A DNA stretch of 64,000 bases from Candidatus Eiseniibacteriota bacterium. GTDB lineage: Bacteria > Eisenbacteria > RBG-16-71-46 > CAIMUX01 > VGJL01. The notes under the pieces were generated by a model. The model saw only the letters and a list, made by a program, of their open reading frames with translations, was not told where the DNA came from and made no database searches. A program made the position numbers and the translations under genes. Where the stretch lies: the NCBI GenBank assembly GCA_963792585.1, contig CAWBWI010000005.1:32001-96000 (forward strand), in the 5' to 3' direction. Below, one piece after another: positions 7,701 to 17,325 of the stretch; positions within the stretch are counted from its first letter, which is position 1, and every line of letters begins with the position of its first letter.

Positions 7701-10139
7701 ATGCAACGCTTCTTGCGCCAGTCGACGGAGAAAGTTCTGGAAGCGCTCCAGACCGGCAATGCGGAGCTCGTAGGGCAGCGGAGAAGTCTCTTCACGCCGG
7801 AGGTCGTCCTGATCGGACTTCTCGAGCTGGAGGAGTCGCGGGTACAGGAGATTCTCGAGGACCTGCTGGCCGAGCCCGCGAGTGCGCGCCAGAGGATGAT
7901 CGAGGTCTGTCTCTCGACGATCCGTTCGCAGCCGGAGGTCCCGCCACGACAGGAATTTCAGATCACCTTCAGCCAGGAGACGCAGGCGCTGTTCGATCTC
8001 GCGCTGCGGGCCGCGAACCAGCGGGGCGATGCGATGATCGGCACCGATGTCCTCTTTTTGTCCCTCTTCGAGCCGCAGGCGGGCACTGTGGGCCAAGTGC
8101 TGCGCGACGCCGGTCTCGAGCGGGACGTCGTCGCATCGCGGATCCAGCAGTTGCGCGGCGATCGCAAACTCCTGAAGAAGGACGACGAGACGCGCCGGGA
8201 CGTCCTGGAGGAGTACTCGACGGACCTGACCGCCCGCGCCCGCGAGGGCGAACTCGATCCGGTGATCGGTCGCGAGGGGGAGATCGCCCGTCTGATCCAG
8301 ATCCTCTCCCGACGGAAGAAGAACAACCCCGTTCTGATCGGCGAACCCGGCGTTGGCAAGACGGTCATCGTCGAAGGACTCGCCCAGCAGATTGCCGCGT
8401 CGGAGGTCCCCGAGAACCTGCTGAACAAGCGGATCCTTGCGATCGACATGGCCGCGATCATGGCCGGCGCGTCGATGCGCGGGGAGTTCGAGAACAGAAT
8501 GAAGGAGATCCGCGACGCGGTGATCGCCTCGCGCGGGCAGATCCTGCTCTTCCTCGACGAACTCCACACGGTCGTGGGCTTGGGAAGCGGGGGTGGAGGT
8601 ATGGGGGCTTCGGACATTCTGAAGCCGGCCCTCGCGCGCGGGGATCTACGTTGCATCGGCGCGACGACGCTCGAGGAGTACCGTCGCATCGAGCAGGACC
8701 GCGCCCTCGCGCGTCGATTCCAGCCGATCATGGTCGAGCCGCCCGATGTGACCCAGACGCGGGCGATCCTCGAGGGGGTCCGGGGAGCATACGAGTCGCA
8801 CCACAAGATTCACTTCACGGAGGATGCCCTCGATGCGGCGGCCAACCTGGCCGAGAGGCACATTTCAGACCGCGCGCAACCCGACAAGTCGATCGATCTG
8901 ATCGACGAGGCCGCGAGCCGGAAGTACCTGGATCTCCACTCCGTACCACCGGAGGTCCGGCGGTTGGAAAACGAGAAGCGGGGTCTCGAGCAGCGACGCC
9001 TCGCAGCCTACCAGTCCCAGCAGTTCCAGGAAGCGGCGACCCTGCAGGCGGAGATCCTCAAGGTCGACACGCAACTCGAGCAGGAACGCGTCCGCTGGAA
9101 GGAGGCGCTCAAGGAGTCCGACGCGACCGTCGGTTCCGACGCGATCGCACGCGTCGTCTCCGACTGGACGGGCATTCCGGCCGCGCGGATGCTCGAGACG
9201 GAGGCGTCGAAACTCGATCGTATGGAGGAAGTTCTCGAGGGCCGCGTGGTTGGTCAGCGGGAGGCCGTCCAGGCTGTGAGTGATGCGATTCGCCGCAATC
9301 GTTCAGGCCTCAAGGAGCCGAACCGCCCGATCGGCTCCTTCCTCTTCCTCGGACCGACCGGCGTGGGCAAGACCGAACTCGCGCGTGCGCTCGCCGAATT
9401 CCTCTTCAACGACAACAGCCGCATCATCCGCGTCGACATGAGCGAGTACGTCGAGCGGCACGAGATCTCGAAGATGATCGGGGCGCCCCCGGGCTACGTC
9501 GGATACGGCGAAGGGGGGCAACTCACCGAGCGAGTCCGACGGCACCCGTACTCGGTCGTGCTGCTCGACGAGTTCGAGAAGGCCCACCCGGACGTCACCA
9601 ATATCCTCCTGCAGGTGCTCGAAGACGGTCGGCTCACCGACGGGCAGGGACACACGATCTCGTTTCGCAACACCCTGATCATCATGACATCCAACCTGGG
9701 CAGCCAGCTTCTCGCCGGCACCGGGGAGATCGGCTTCGAGGCGCGGGGGCCCCTGTCCTACGAGCGCGCCCGGGAACTGGTCATGTCCGAGGTGAAGCGC
9801 TCCCTGCGACCGGAACTCATCAACCGTGTCGACGAGATTCTGATCTTCCACCCGCTCCGTCCCGAGGACCTGGTGGCGATTGCGCGAATTCAGGTCGAAC
9901 GGCTCGCGCGACGGGTCGAAGAGCAGAGGATTCGGATCACCGTCACCGACCCCGGCCTCGCATCGATTGCCCGGCGCGGCTACGACCCGGTCTTCGGCGC
10001 GCGCCCGTTGCGCAGACTCATCGAGCGGGAGATCGAGACCCCGCTGGCGCGGCTCCTGATCCGTGGCGAGGCGAAGGAGGATTCCAACATCATCGTCGAC
10101 GCGACGCTGGAAGGGGCCCTCTCGCTCCGGGTCGCCTAG
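7701..10139 (+). CDS. clpC: ATP-dependent Clp protease ATP-binding subunit (ClpC-like)
   Basis: Clp N repeats, two AAA+ modules (GEPGVGKT; GPTGVGKT), short UVR-like middle domain, IGF ClpP-docking loop (EIGFE) and GARPLRR. Confidence 0.9.
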   Translation: MQRFLRQSTEKVLEALQTGNAELVGQRRSLFTPEVVLIGLLELEESRVQEILEDLLAEPASARQRMIEVCLSTIRSQPEVPPRQEFQITFSQETQALFDLALRAANQRGDAMIGTDVLFLSLFEPQAGTVGQVLRDAGLERDVVASRIQQLRGDRKLLKKDDETRRDVLEEYSTDLTARAREGELDPVIGREGEIARLIQILSRRKKNNPVLIGEPGVGKTVIVEGLAQQIAASEVPENLLNKRILAIDMAAIMAGASMRGEFENRMKEIRDAVIASRGQILLFLDELHTVVGLGSGGGGMGASDILKPALARGDLRCIGATTLEEYRRIEQDRALARRFQPIMVEPPDVTQTRAILEGVRGAYESHHKIHFTEDALDAAANLAERHISDRAQPDKSIDLIDEAASRKYLDLHSVPPEVRRLENEKRGLEQRRLAAYQSQQFQEAATLQAEILKVDTQLEQERVRWKEALKESDATVGSDAIARVVSDWTGIPAARMLETEASKLDRMEEVLEGRVVGQREAVQAVSDAIRRNRSGLKEPNRPIGSFLFLGPTGVGKTELARALAEFLFNDNSRIIRVDMSEYVERHEISKMIGAPPGYVGYGEGGQLTERVRRHPYSVVLLDEFEKAHPDVTNILLQVLEDGRLTDGQGHTISFRNTLIIMTSNLGSQLLAGTGEIGFEARGPLSYERARELVMSEVKRSLRPELINRVDEILIFHPLRPEDLVAIARIQVERLARRVEEQRIRITVTDPGLASIARRGYDPVFGARPLRRLIEREIETPLARLLIRGEAKEDSNIIVDATLEGALSLRVA

Positions 10140-10834
10140 CGCCCAGTCGCGGCGATCGCCGCCTCGAGGGCCGCATCGAACATCGACTCGGTCAGCCTCC
10201 CCGTCTGCGTGTTCTGCTGGCTGGGATGGTAAGAGGCGACCACGAAGGGGAGATCCGGCCCCGGACGCCAGATGACGGAGTGGCCGAACTTCGGCTGGGG
10301 CGCGACCGCGCCGCCCCGATCGCGCAAGAGTTCCCGCACGCCCGCCCAGGCGATTCCGCCAAGGGCGAGGATCACCCGCAGTTCGGTCAGCAGCGCGAGT
10401 TCCCGCAGGAGAAAGGGCCGACAGGTCGCGATCTCCACCGGGGTGGGACGATTTCCCGGGGGCGCGCAGCGCGCGACGGCGCTGATGTAGCAGTCGCGGA
10501 GCGTCAACCCGTCGCCCCGCGCGCGCGAGACCGGGGTGCTGGCGAGGCCCGCGCGGTGGAGGGCAGCGTAGAGGAAGTCCCCGGACGCGTCCCCCGTGAA
10601 CATGCGACCGGTGCGGTTGCTGCCGTGGGCTCCCGGGGCCAGGCCGACGAGGAGCAGCCGCGCTTTCGGATCGCCGAAGCCGGGCACCGGCCTCCCCCAG
10701 TAGGTCTGGTCGCGATAGGCGCGGCGCTTCACGCGCGCGACCGTGCGGCAGTGCGCGCGCAGGCGCGGGCAGAGTTCGCACAGCGTGACGAGTCTCTCGA
10801 GCGCGGCGAGTGTGCGCGGACCGCCGCGACTCAT
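10136..10834 (-). CDS. Uracil-DNA glycosylase family 5 (UdgB-like, 4Fe-4S)
   Basis: CELCPRL, GLAPGAHGSNRTGRMFTGD, RCAPPGNRP and YHPSQQNT. ATG at 10834 overlaps the rsmA stop. Confidence 0.93.
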   Translation of the reverse strand: MSRGGPRTLAALERLVTLCELCPRLRAHCRTVARVKRRAYRDQTYWGRPVPGFGDPKARLLLVGLAPGAHGSNRTGRMFTGDASGDFLYAALHRAGLASTPVSRARGDGLTLRDCYISAVARCAPPGNRPTPVEIATCRPFLLRELALLTELRVILALGGIAWAGVRELLRDRGGAVAPQPKFGHSVIWRPGPDLPFVVASYHPSQQNTQTGRLTESMFDAALEAAIAATGR

Positions 10835-11688
10835 CGCAACGCGTCCCCGGCGACGCGCGCGAGCGAGGCGAACTCCTCGAGATCGAGCGTCTCCGCGCGG
10901 CGCGTGGGATCGATCCCCGCTTCGAGCAGCATGGCGCCGGCGCGGGCGGGATCGCCGAGGGCCGCGCCGAAGACGGAACGGAGCATCTTGCGCCGCTGGC
11001 CGAAGGCGACCGCGAGAACCCGCTCGAGCGCGGAGGGATCGGGAAGCTCGACGGGGGGCGCGCGGTGGAATTCGAGGGTGATGAGGCTCGAATCGACCTT
11101 CGGCACGGGCCAGAAGGCGCCCGGCTCCACGGTCGCCGCCTTGCGGACGCGCGCGTGATAGCCGATCCAGACGGTGATGCTGCCGTAGATCCGGCTGCCG
11201 GGTCCCGCGGCGAGCCTCTCCGCGACCTCGCGCTGAACGAGCACGGCGCCGCCGGAGAAGCGACTCAGGTGTCCGATCGCCCAGAGGAGGATCGGGGTCG
11301 TGATCGCGTAGGGGAGATTCCCGGCGAGATGGACCGGCGCCCCCGACGCGCCGTCGAGAAGGGCCGGATCCGCCTCGAGGATGCTCATCTCGTACAGACG
11401 AAAGCGTCCATCGGCGAGGGGCTCGGCGAAGCGTTCTCGGAGGAGTTCGCAGAGACGCGGGTCGATCTCGAAGGCCCAGACACGGGCCCCGGCGTCGAGG
11501 AGGGCTCGCGTGAGCGCCCCGGACCCCGCGCCGACCTCCATCACCTCGGCACCGGGGGTAAGGTGCATCGCGCGCACGAGGCCCGTCGCCACCTGCGGCT
11601 GGACGAGGAAGTTCTGTCCGAAGCTCTTGCGGGGCCGGATCGCGTGGTGGATCAGCCACCCGCGTTCCGCCTGCGCGCCGGGCATCAT
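10831..11688 (-). CDS. rsmA: 16S rRNA m6,2A dimethyltransferase
   Basis: KSFGQNFL, EVGAGSGALT, GNLPYAIT, FWPVPKVDS and FGQRRKML. Confidence 0.95.
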   Translation of the reverse strand: MMPGAQAERGWLIHHAIRPRKSFGQNFLVQPQVATGLVRAMHLTPGAEVMEVGAGSGALTRALLDAGARVWAFEIDPRLCELLRERFAEPLADGRFRLYEMSILEADPALLDGASGAPVHLAGNLPYAITTPILLWAIGHLSRFSGGAVLVQREVAERLAAGPGSRIYGSITVWIGYHARVRKAATVEPGAFWPVPKVDSSLITLEFHRAPPVELPDPSALERVLAVAFGQRRKMLRSVFGAALGDPARAGAMLLEAGIDPTRRAETLDLEEFASLARVAGDALR

Positions 11689-12449
11689 CCCGGGAGGTTG
11701 AAGAGGCGGGTCGCGTTGGCGTCGGTCACGCGCTCGACCTCGGACACGTCTATCTCGAGGTAACCGGCGATCGCCTCCGCGATGGCCGGGATGTTCGCCG
11801 GCTCGTTGCGGTCGTTGCGTCGGGGGTGGGGGGTCAGATACGGACAGTCGGTCTCGAGCACCATCCGGTCGAGACCGATCGCCCGCAGCAAGGGGGCCGA
11901 CTTGCGCGGGTTGTAGGTGACCGCGCCGCCGAAACCGAGAAGGAAACCGAGATCTCCCGACCGCCGCGCGATCTCCTCGTCGCCCGAGAAGCAGTGCATC
12001 ACGCCACGGACGCGCCCGCGCCCCTCCTCTTCGAGGATTCGCAGAACGTCTTCGTGCGCTGCGCGCGCGTGCACGACGAGGGGCAGTCCCGTCTCGCGCG
12101 CCGCCGCCACGTGCCGGCGGAAGTAATCGCGCTGGATCTCGTGGGGCGCGTAGTCGCGGAAGTAGTCGAGGCCGGTCTCCCCGATCGCGCGAACCCTGGG
12201 GTGGCCGGCCTGCGCGAGGAGACGATCGAGATCGGTCGCCGTCGCCGCGCCGGAATCGTGCGGGTGGATGCCGACGGTCACGAAGATCCGCGGATCCGAT
12301 TCTCCCATGGCAAGCACGCGGGGCCAGTCTTCGGCGGTGATGTTGACCTCCACCAGGAAGCGGCCGCCGGAGGCCCAGACACGATCGATCACCGCTGCCC
12401 GGTCTTTGTCGAAAGCCCGCGCGTGAACGTGGGCGTGCGTGTCGATCAA
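11685..12449 (-). CDS. tatD: TatD family hydrolase
   Basis: IDTHAH, GIHPH, AIGETGLDY, VMHCFSG and LETDCPYLTP. TTG start overlaps the upstream stop. Confidence 0.93.
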   Translation of the reverse strand: MIDTHAHVHARAFDKDRAAVIDRVWASGGRFLVEVNITAEDWPRVLAMGESDPRIFVTVGIHPHDSGAATATDLDRLLAQAGHPRVRAIGETGLDYFRDYAPHEIQRDYFRRHVAAARETGLPLVVHARAAHEDVLRILEEEGRGRVRGVMHCFSGDEEIARRSGDLGFLLGFGGAVTYNPRKSAPLLRAIGLDRMVLETDCPYLTPHPRRNDRNEPANIPAIAEAIAGYLEIDVSEVERVTDANATRLFNLPG

Positions 12450-13172
12450 GCGTCGTCCTCCGGGATCCGGCACCCGCCGCACCCACCGCCGCCTTCGGGG
12501 TCGTATGTCAGGCAGCAGAGGAGGCGCCCGCACATCCCGGAGATTCGCACGGGGGTGAGGGACAGGTTCTGACGCTTTGCCATCTTGAGGGTCACCGGCT
12601 CGAACCCCTGAAGGAAGCTCGAGCAGCAGAGTCCCCGCCCGCACGGGCCGATGCCTCCTTGCCGGCGGGATGCCTCGCGCTGGTGGATCTGCCGCAGCTC
12701 GATCCGTGTCCGGAAGATCCGCGCGAGGTCGCGGACGAGCATGCGGAAGTCGACCCTTCCTTCGGCGACGAGAGAAGGTGACCCGATTGCCGTCGAATTG
12801 GAACTCCGCGTCGACCGTTCGCATCTGCAGGCCGAAGGCGTCCACCCGCTCGCGGCAGATGCGCAAGGCCTCGTCGTCCTCCCGGCGCAGTTCCTCGAGC
12901 CGGCGGATCTCGTCGTCGGTTGCCGCGCGCACGACCGCTCGCATGTCCTTCTTCGGGTGCATCGGGAGGCGCCCCGCGTCGCCGCGGAGGAGATTGCCCA
13001 GGTCCACGCCCCGCTCGGCCTCGACGATCACCGCGCGGCGGTCGCCGAGGTCGATGCCCCGCGGAAGACGATAGAGATCGATCCGATGACCCTTGAAGCA
13101 GACCTGCACGACGGCGTCGTCGGTCTCCCGTTCCCTTTCGGCGGCGGCCCCGTGAACCGGTTCTTCCATCAT
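12446..13172 (-). CDS. PSP1 domain protein (RicT/YaaT-like), frameshifted near 12770
   Basis: N-part VIVEAERGVDLG...FQFDGNRVTF is in one frame; C-part RVDFRMLVRDLARIFRTRIELRQI, GGIGPCGRGLCC, ISGMCGRLLCCL is in another. Sits in the usual position after holB. Confidence 0.88.
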
Positions 13173-14290
13173 CCCTCCCACGACCGGATTTCGCCGGGGG
13201 CGCCGGCGAAGCGCATCAGGGTTTCGTGGAGCGTGAGCCCGGGGTGCACGTTGCGATCGATCGACTCGATCATCTCCTCGAGCGCGTCGATCCAGATGCG
13301 AATGTGCGCGAGATCGGTCTCAGCGGCCTGGGATTGCAGATCGGAGCGGCGGTCGGGATTCGAGAGAACCGCCTCCGGCAAGTCGTATTTCACGGCCAGG
13401 ATGTCGTGACACCACATGAGCAGCAGCTCGACGTTTCGGCGGGCGCTGTTCGGATCGAGCCGGCCGACCCACGATCGAACCCGGTCCTGAATCTGTCCGG
13501 CATCGGGCCGCACACGGATCAACTCCACCGCTTCATTGCGCGCGGTCACGATGGACGATTCCTCCTTCAGCGCGAGGGCGCGCCCGAGGCTGCCGTTCGC
13601 GAGGGTGGCGATGAGCCGCGCCGCCCCTTTGTCGAGTTCCGCCTCCGCGATCAAGATCCCCTCGATCGTATCCCGCCGCAGGGGACGGAAACGCACTTGC
13701 TGGCAGCGCGAGACGATCGTGGGCAAGAGCGCCGAGGGCTCCTCCGTCGTGAGGATCAGATGGGTGCCCGGCGGCGGTTCCTCGATCAGCTTGAGGGCGG
13801 ACTGTGCGGCCTCTTCGATCATCCGGCCCGCGTCGGTCAGGATGAAGACGCGCCGGCGCCCCTCGGCCATCGACTTCGCCGCCTCCGCCTTCAGCTCCCG
13901 GATCCGGTCGATGCCGATCGACGCGTTGCGCGCGAAATCGAGAAGATGGTAGCGATTCGCGCCGTAGTCCTCAAGCCTCTTGGAAATCTCCTCGGGATCC
14001 TTCTCCTCGTCGCGCGTCGTCGGGAAGAGGAGGCGCACGTCCGGATGCACGAGGGCTGCGATCTTGCGGCACGGCAGGCAGGCGCCGCACGGGGGCTCGG
14101 CCGCCTCGCAGTTGAGCGCCTGCGCGAGCCCGATCGCGGTCCGCGTCTTGCCGACCCCGCGCGGACCGTGGAAGAGATACGACTGGGCGACGCGGTCTTC
14201 GCGAACGGCTCCGCGGAGGCGCTCGATCACCTCGTCCTGGTCACGGATCCAGGCGAGGATCGGTTCCGTCTTCGGCGTATCGGGCTTCAC
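13169..14290 (-). CDS. holB: DNA polymerase III subunit delta'
   Basis: YLFHGPRGVGK, zinc motif C..PCGACLPC, HPDV, LKLIEEPP and LLPTIVSRC. GTG start overlaps the envC stop. Confidence 0.93.
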   Translation of the reverse strand: MKPDTPKTEPILAWIRDQDEVIERLRGAVREDRVAQSYLFHGPRGVGKTRTAIGLAQALNCEAAEPPCGACLPCRKIAALVHPDVRLLFPTTRDEEKDPEEISKRLEDYGANRYHLLDFARNASIGIDRIRELKAEAAKSMAEGRRRVFILTDAGRMIEEAAQSALKLIEEPPPGTHLILTTEEPSALLPTIVSRCQQVRFRPLRRDTIEGILIAEAELDKGAARLIATLANGSLGRALALKEESSIVTARNEAVELIRVRPDAGQIQDRVRSWVGRLDPNSARRNVELLLMWCHDILAVKYDLPEAVLSNPDRRSDLQSQAAETDLAHIRIWIDALEEMIESIDRNVHPGLTLHETLMRFAGAPGEIRSWEG

Positions 14291-15468
14291 TGGAGCCACT
14301 CCTCGGGATTCATGGCGTCCTGGCCCTTGCGGATCTCGAAGTGGAGGATCGTCCCCTTCACCGAATCGGTGTCGCCGACCTCGGCGATCTTCTGGCCCGC
14401 CGTCATCTTGGCCCCGTTGGCGACGAGGGTGCGGGAGCAGTGGGCATAGAGTGTGTAGAAACCGCCGCCGTGATTGACGATCACGCACCTACCGTAGCCC
14501 GGGAGCCAGTCGACGAACTCGATCGTCCCGGCGGCCACGACGTCGATCGGCGCTCCAGCGGGGGCGGCGATGTCGATTCCGTTGCTTGGCACCTTCGTCC
14601 CGAATCGGGGGTGCATCTCGACGCCGAAGCGGCCCACGAGATCGCCTCGCGCGGGCCAGGCGAGACGCCCGCGCATCCCATCGAGACCCGGCCCCGAGGG
14701 CGGCGGCCTCTTCCCCCCCTTGGCCGCCTGCTTGCGTTCCTCTTCCAGCTTCGAGATGAAGGATCGGATCTGCGTTTCGGTCTTCGCGAGCTCCCGTTGC
14801 CGCGTCTCGAAGTCGCCCCGCTCCTTGCGGAGCTTCGCGATCTGGCTCTGCGCTTCCGCCGAGCGCTGCTCGATCCGCGCCTTCTCGCGGAGCTTCTCTT
14901 CCTGGAGCGTCTCGAGCCCGTTGCGACGCGACTCGAGGAGCGCCGTCGCGATGGCGACCTCTTCGCGGCGCTGGCGCAGCCAGATCAGGTCGCTTCGATC
15001 CTTCTGGATCGCCCGCGAGAGAAACGTCCCGCGCGCGAACAGCTCGGCAAAGCTTCGCGAGGAGAAGATCAGCTCGGCCGCATGGGGACGACGCGCCCGC
15101 TGGTAGAGACGGAGGCGCTGGCGCAGCAGTTCCGCCCCGTGGTCCTGCTGCGCGGTTCGCTCGTCGAGCTGCGTCTGGCGCTCCGTCAGATCTCCGAGGA
15201 GCGCGCGTTCCTGCTCCTCCAGCGAGGCGAGATAGCGCGCGGTCAGGTCGCGGTCGCGGCGGAGACGCTCATCGACCTTTCCGAGATTCTTCTCCTTCTT
15301 CTTGATCTCCTCGATCTTGCGGCGGTTCTCCTCGATCTTCGATTTCAGATCCCGCAGTTCCTTCTGGCGGGTCAGCATCGGATCGCTCGAGGCCTGTCCC
15401 AGCGCGAGGGCGGGGAGGAGGGCCAGGGCCGCGAGGACCAGGACCGTTCTAGCTCGTGACCGATTCAC
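14287..15468 (-). CDS. envC: Murein hydrolase activator EnvC-like (coiled coil plus M23 domain)
   Basis: Signal peptide, long coiled coil, GIDIAA, YTLYAH and LHFEIR; lies directly after ftsX. Confidence 0.88.
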   Translation of the reverse strand: MNRSRARTVLVLAALALLPALALGQASSDPMLTRQKELRDLKSKIEENRRKIEEIKKKEKNLGKVDERLRRDRDLTARYLASLEEQERALLGDLTERQTQLDERTAQQDHGAELLRQRLRLYQRARRPHAAELIFSSRSFAELFARGTFLSRAIQKDRSDLIWLRQRREEVAIATALLESRRNGLETLQEEKLREKARIEQRSAEAQSQIAKLRKERGDFETRQRELAKTETQIRSFISKLEEERKQAAKGGKRPPPSGPGLDGMRGRLAWPARGDLVGRFGVEMHPRFGTKVPSNGIDIAAPAGAPIDVVAAGTIEFVDWLPGYGRCVIVNHGGGFYTLYAHCSRTLVANGAKMTAGQKIAEVGDTDSVKGTILHFEIRKGQDAMNPEEWLQ

Positions 15469-16344
15469 TGCGCCGTTCCAGGTTTCGCAACGCGGGCTCG
15501 ACCGCCGCGACGCTGCTCAGCATGCCGAGGAGGATCGCGCCCGCGATGAACAGGGCGATCGACGCGGGGGTCAGGAAGCGTAGCCCCGGCATCATCTGGC
15601 CGATCGCAAAGCGCACGAATGCCGCGAGCCCCAAGGCCAGGACCGAAGCGAATGCGGTCTGCAGGGAACCGAGAAGCAGGTAGGGGGTGCGGATGAAGCC
15701 GGACGTCGCCCCGACGATCTTCAGGATCCGCACGGTCGGAAGCCGTCCCAGAAAAGCGAGCTTCAGGGTGTTCCACAGGACGAGGACCACCGCGATCGCC
15801 GCGAGCAGGCCGGCCCCGGCGGTCGTGAGGTAGACATTGCGGATGCCGCGTTCGAGGGTCTCGATCCACGAGCCGCCGAAGACGACTTCGTCGATCCCTT
15901 CGTACTCGCCCATCTCGCGGGCGAGCTCCTGGAGCACGCCGGGACGCGACGCCGCCGTCGGGCGTCAGGGTGATCTGGAAGGCGGGCGAGAGGGGGTTCT
16001 CGCCGAGCGCGCCGACGACGTCGATCCCACCGAGGTCTTGCTCGATCTCCTCGAGCGCTGCGTCGCGAGAAACGAATCGGACGTCCTGGACCTCGCCGAA
16101 GCTGCGGAAGATGCTCTCCGAATTCCCGCACGCGCAGGGAGTCGACCCCGTCGGAGAGGAAGACCTCGAGCCCCTTGCGCTCCTCGAGATTGCGGGCGAG
16201 CCCGCGCACGTTCATTCCCGCCAGCAGCACGACGGCGAGCAGGAAGAGGACTGCGGTGAGCGCGGTCAGACTCGCGAGGGCGCCGGCACGGTCGCGGGCC
16301 AGCATTTCGAGGGCCTCGCCGACGAAGAAGCGAAATCGGCTCAT
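15449..16344 (-). CDS. ftsX: Cell division permease FtsX, two frameshifts (~16119, ~15955)
   Basis: Three frames join as MSRFRFF...LEVFLSDG / FGEVQDVRFVSRDAALEE...LGENPL / ...WNTLKLA...ILKIVGATSGFIRTPY. Located between ftsE and envC. Confidence 0.85.
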
Positions 16345-17033
16345 AGGGCCCGCGGACGGGCCGGCGTGGTGTCCCGCACGATCCGACCCCCCTGTATCGT
16401 CACCATCCGGGTCCCATATCGCGAGGCGAGCGACTCATCGTGCGTGGCGACGACGACGGTCGCCCCGGCCATGTTCACCCGCTTGAACAGGTCGAGGATC
16501 TCGGTCGCCGAGGCCGCGTCGAGGTTGCCGGTCGGTTCGTCCGCGAGGAGGATGCGCGGCTCGTGCACGAGAGCGCGGGCGATCGAGGCCCGCTGCTGCT
16601 CGCCACCCGAGAGCTGGTCGGGATACTGGTTGCGCTTGTGGTAGAGGCTGACCTGCGTCAGCAGGCGAAGAACGATCCTCTGGAGCGTCGGAACCTCGAG
16701 AACACCCGTCATCCTGAGAACGTAGGCGATGTTCTCGAAGATCGTCTTTTCGCGAAGGAGGCGGAAGTCCTGATAGACGACGCCGACCCGGCGCCGCAGC
16801 TTGGGCATCTCGCGCCAGCGGATCCGGGTCGAGTCGAACTCGAGCACGCGAACCCTCCCCTTCGCCGGCATTTCCTCCATCGTGATCAGGCGCAGCAACG
16901 ACGTCTTGCCGGCGCCGCTCGGGCCGAGGAGGAAGAGCATCTCCCCGGCCTCGATCGTGAGCGACACGTCCTCGAGGGCGTAGCCCATCGCGGGGCCGGC
17001 ATACTGCAGCCAAACATGTTCGAGGGCGATCAT
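16341..17033 (-). CDS. ftsE: Cell division ATP-binding protein FtsE
   Basis: GPSGAGKT, LRRRVGVVYQDFRLL, LSGGEQQR, LADEPTGNLD and VVATHD. Confidence 0.93.
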   Translation of the reverse strand: MIALEHVWLQYAGPAMGYALEDVSLTIEAGEMLFLLGPSGAGKTSLLRLITMEEMPAKGRVRVLEFDSTRIRWREMPKLRRRVGVVYQDFRLLREKTIFENIAYVLRMTGVLEVPTLQRIVLRLLTQVSLYHKRNQYPDQLSGGEQQRASIARALVHEPRILLADEPTGNLDAASATEILDLFKRVNMAGATVVVATHDESLASRYGTRMVTIQGGRIVRDTTPARPRAL

Positions 17034-17315
17034 CACGCGCACCCAGGGATCGTCGACGGGGCGACTGGAGATCTCCTTGATGCACGCGCGGGCGTCCGCC
17101 TTGGAGATCTGGCCCGTGGGGACTTCAAGAACTTCGATTTCCCGCTCGAGACGACCGAGCGAGTCGATCCAGCGGATACGGTCTCCCGCGCGAACCGCAT
17201 GGGAGGAGCGAACGTTCACGCCATTGAGCCAGACGCGACCATCGGCGCAAGCGCGGCTGGCCTGACTTCGGGTCTTGAAGAGGCAGAGGCTATGAAGAAC
17301 CAGGTCGATGCGCAC
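17030..17315 (-). CDS. RNA-binding S4 domain protein (Hsp15/YabO-like); reads in frame into ftsE
   Basis: VRIDLVL..LCLFKTRSQASRAC.DGRVWLNG...VRAGDRI is the typical S4 pattern. No in-frame stop precedes ftsE, but a TGATG overlap exists in the adjacent frame. Confidence 0.8.
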
Positions 17316-17325
17316 GCCGCGGTCC

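Noticed and set aside
11685..13181. PSP1-TatD fusion protein (498-aa ORF)
   Set aside because: Produced by the frameshift near 12770; the PSP1 C-terminus is in another frame and TatD has its own TTG start.
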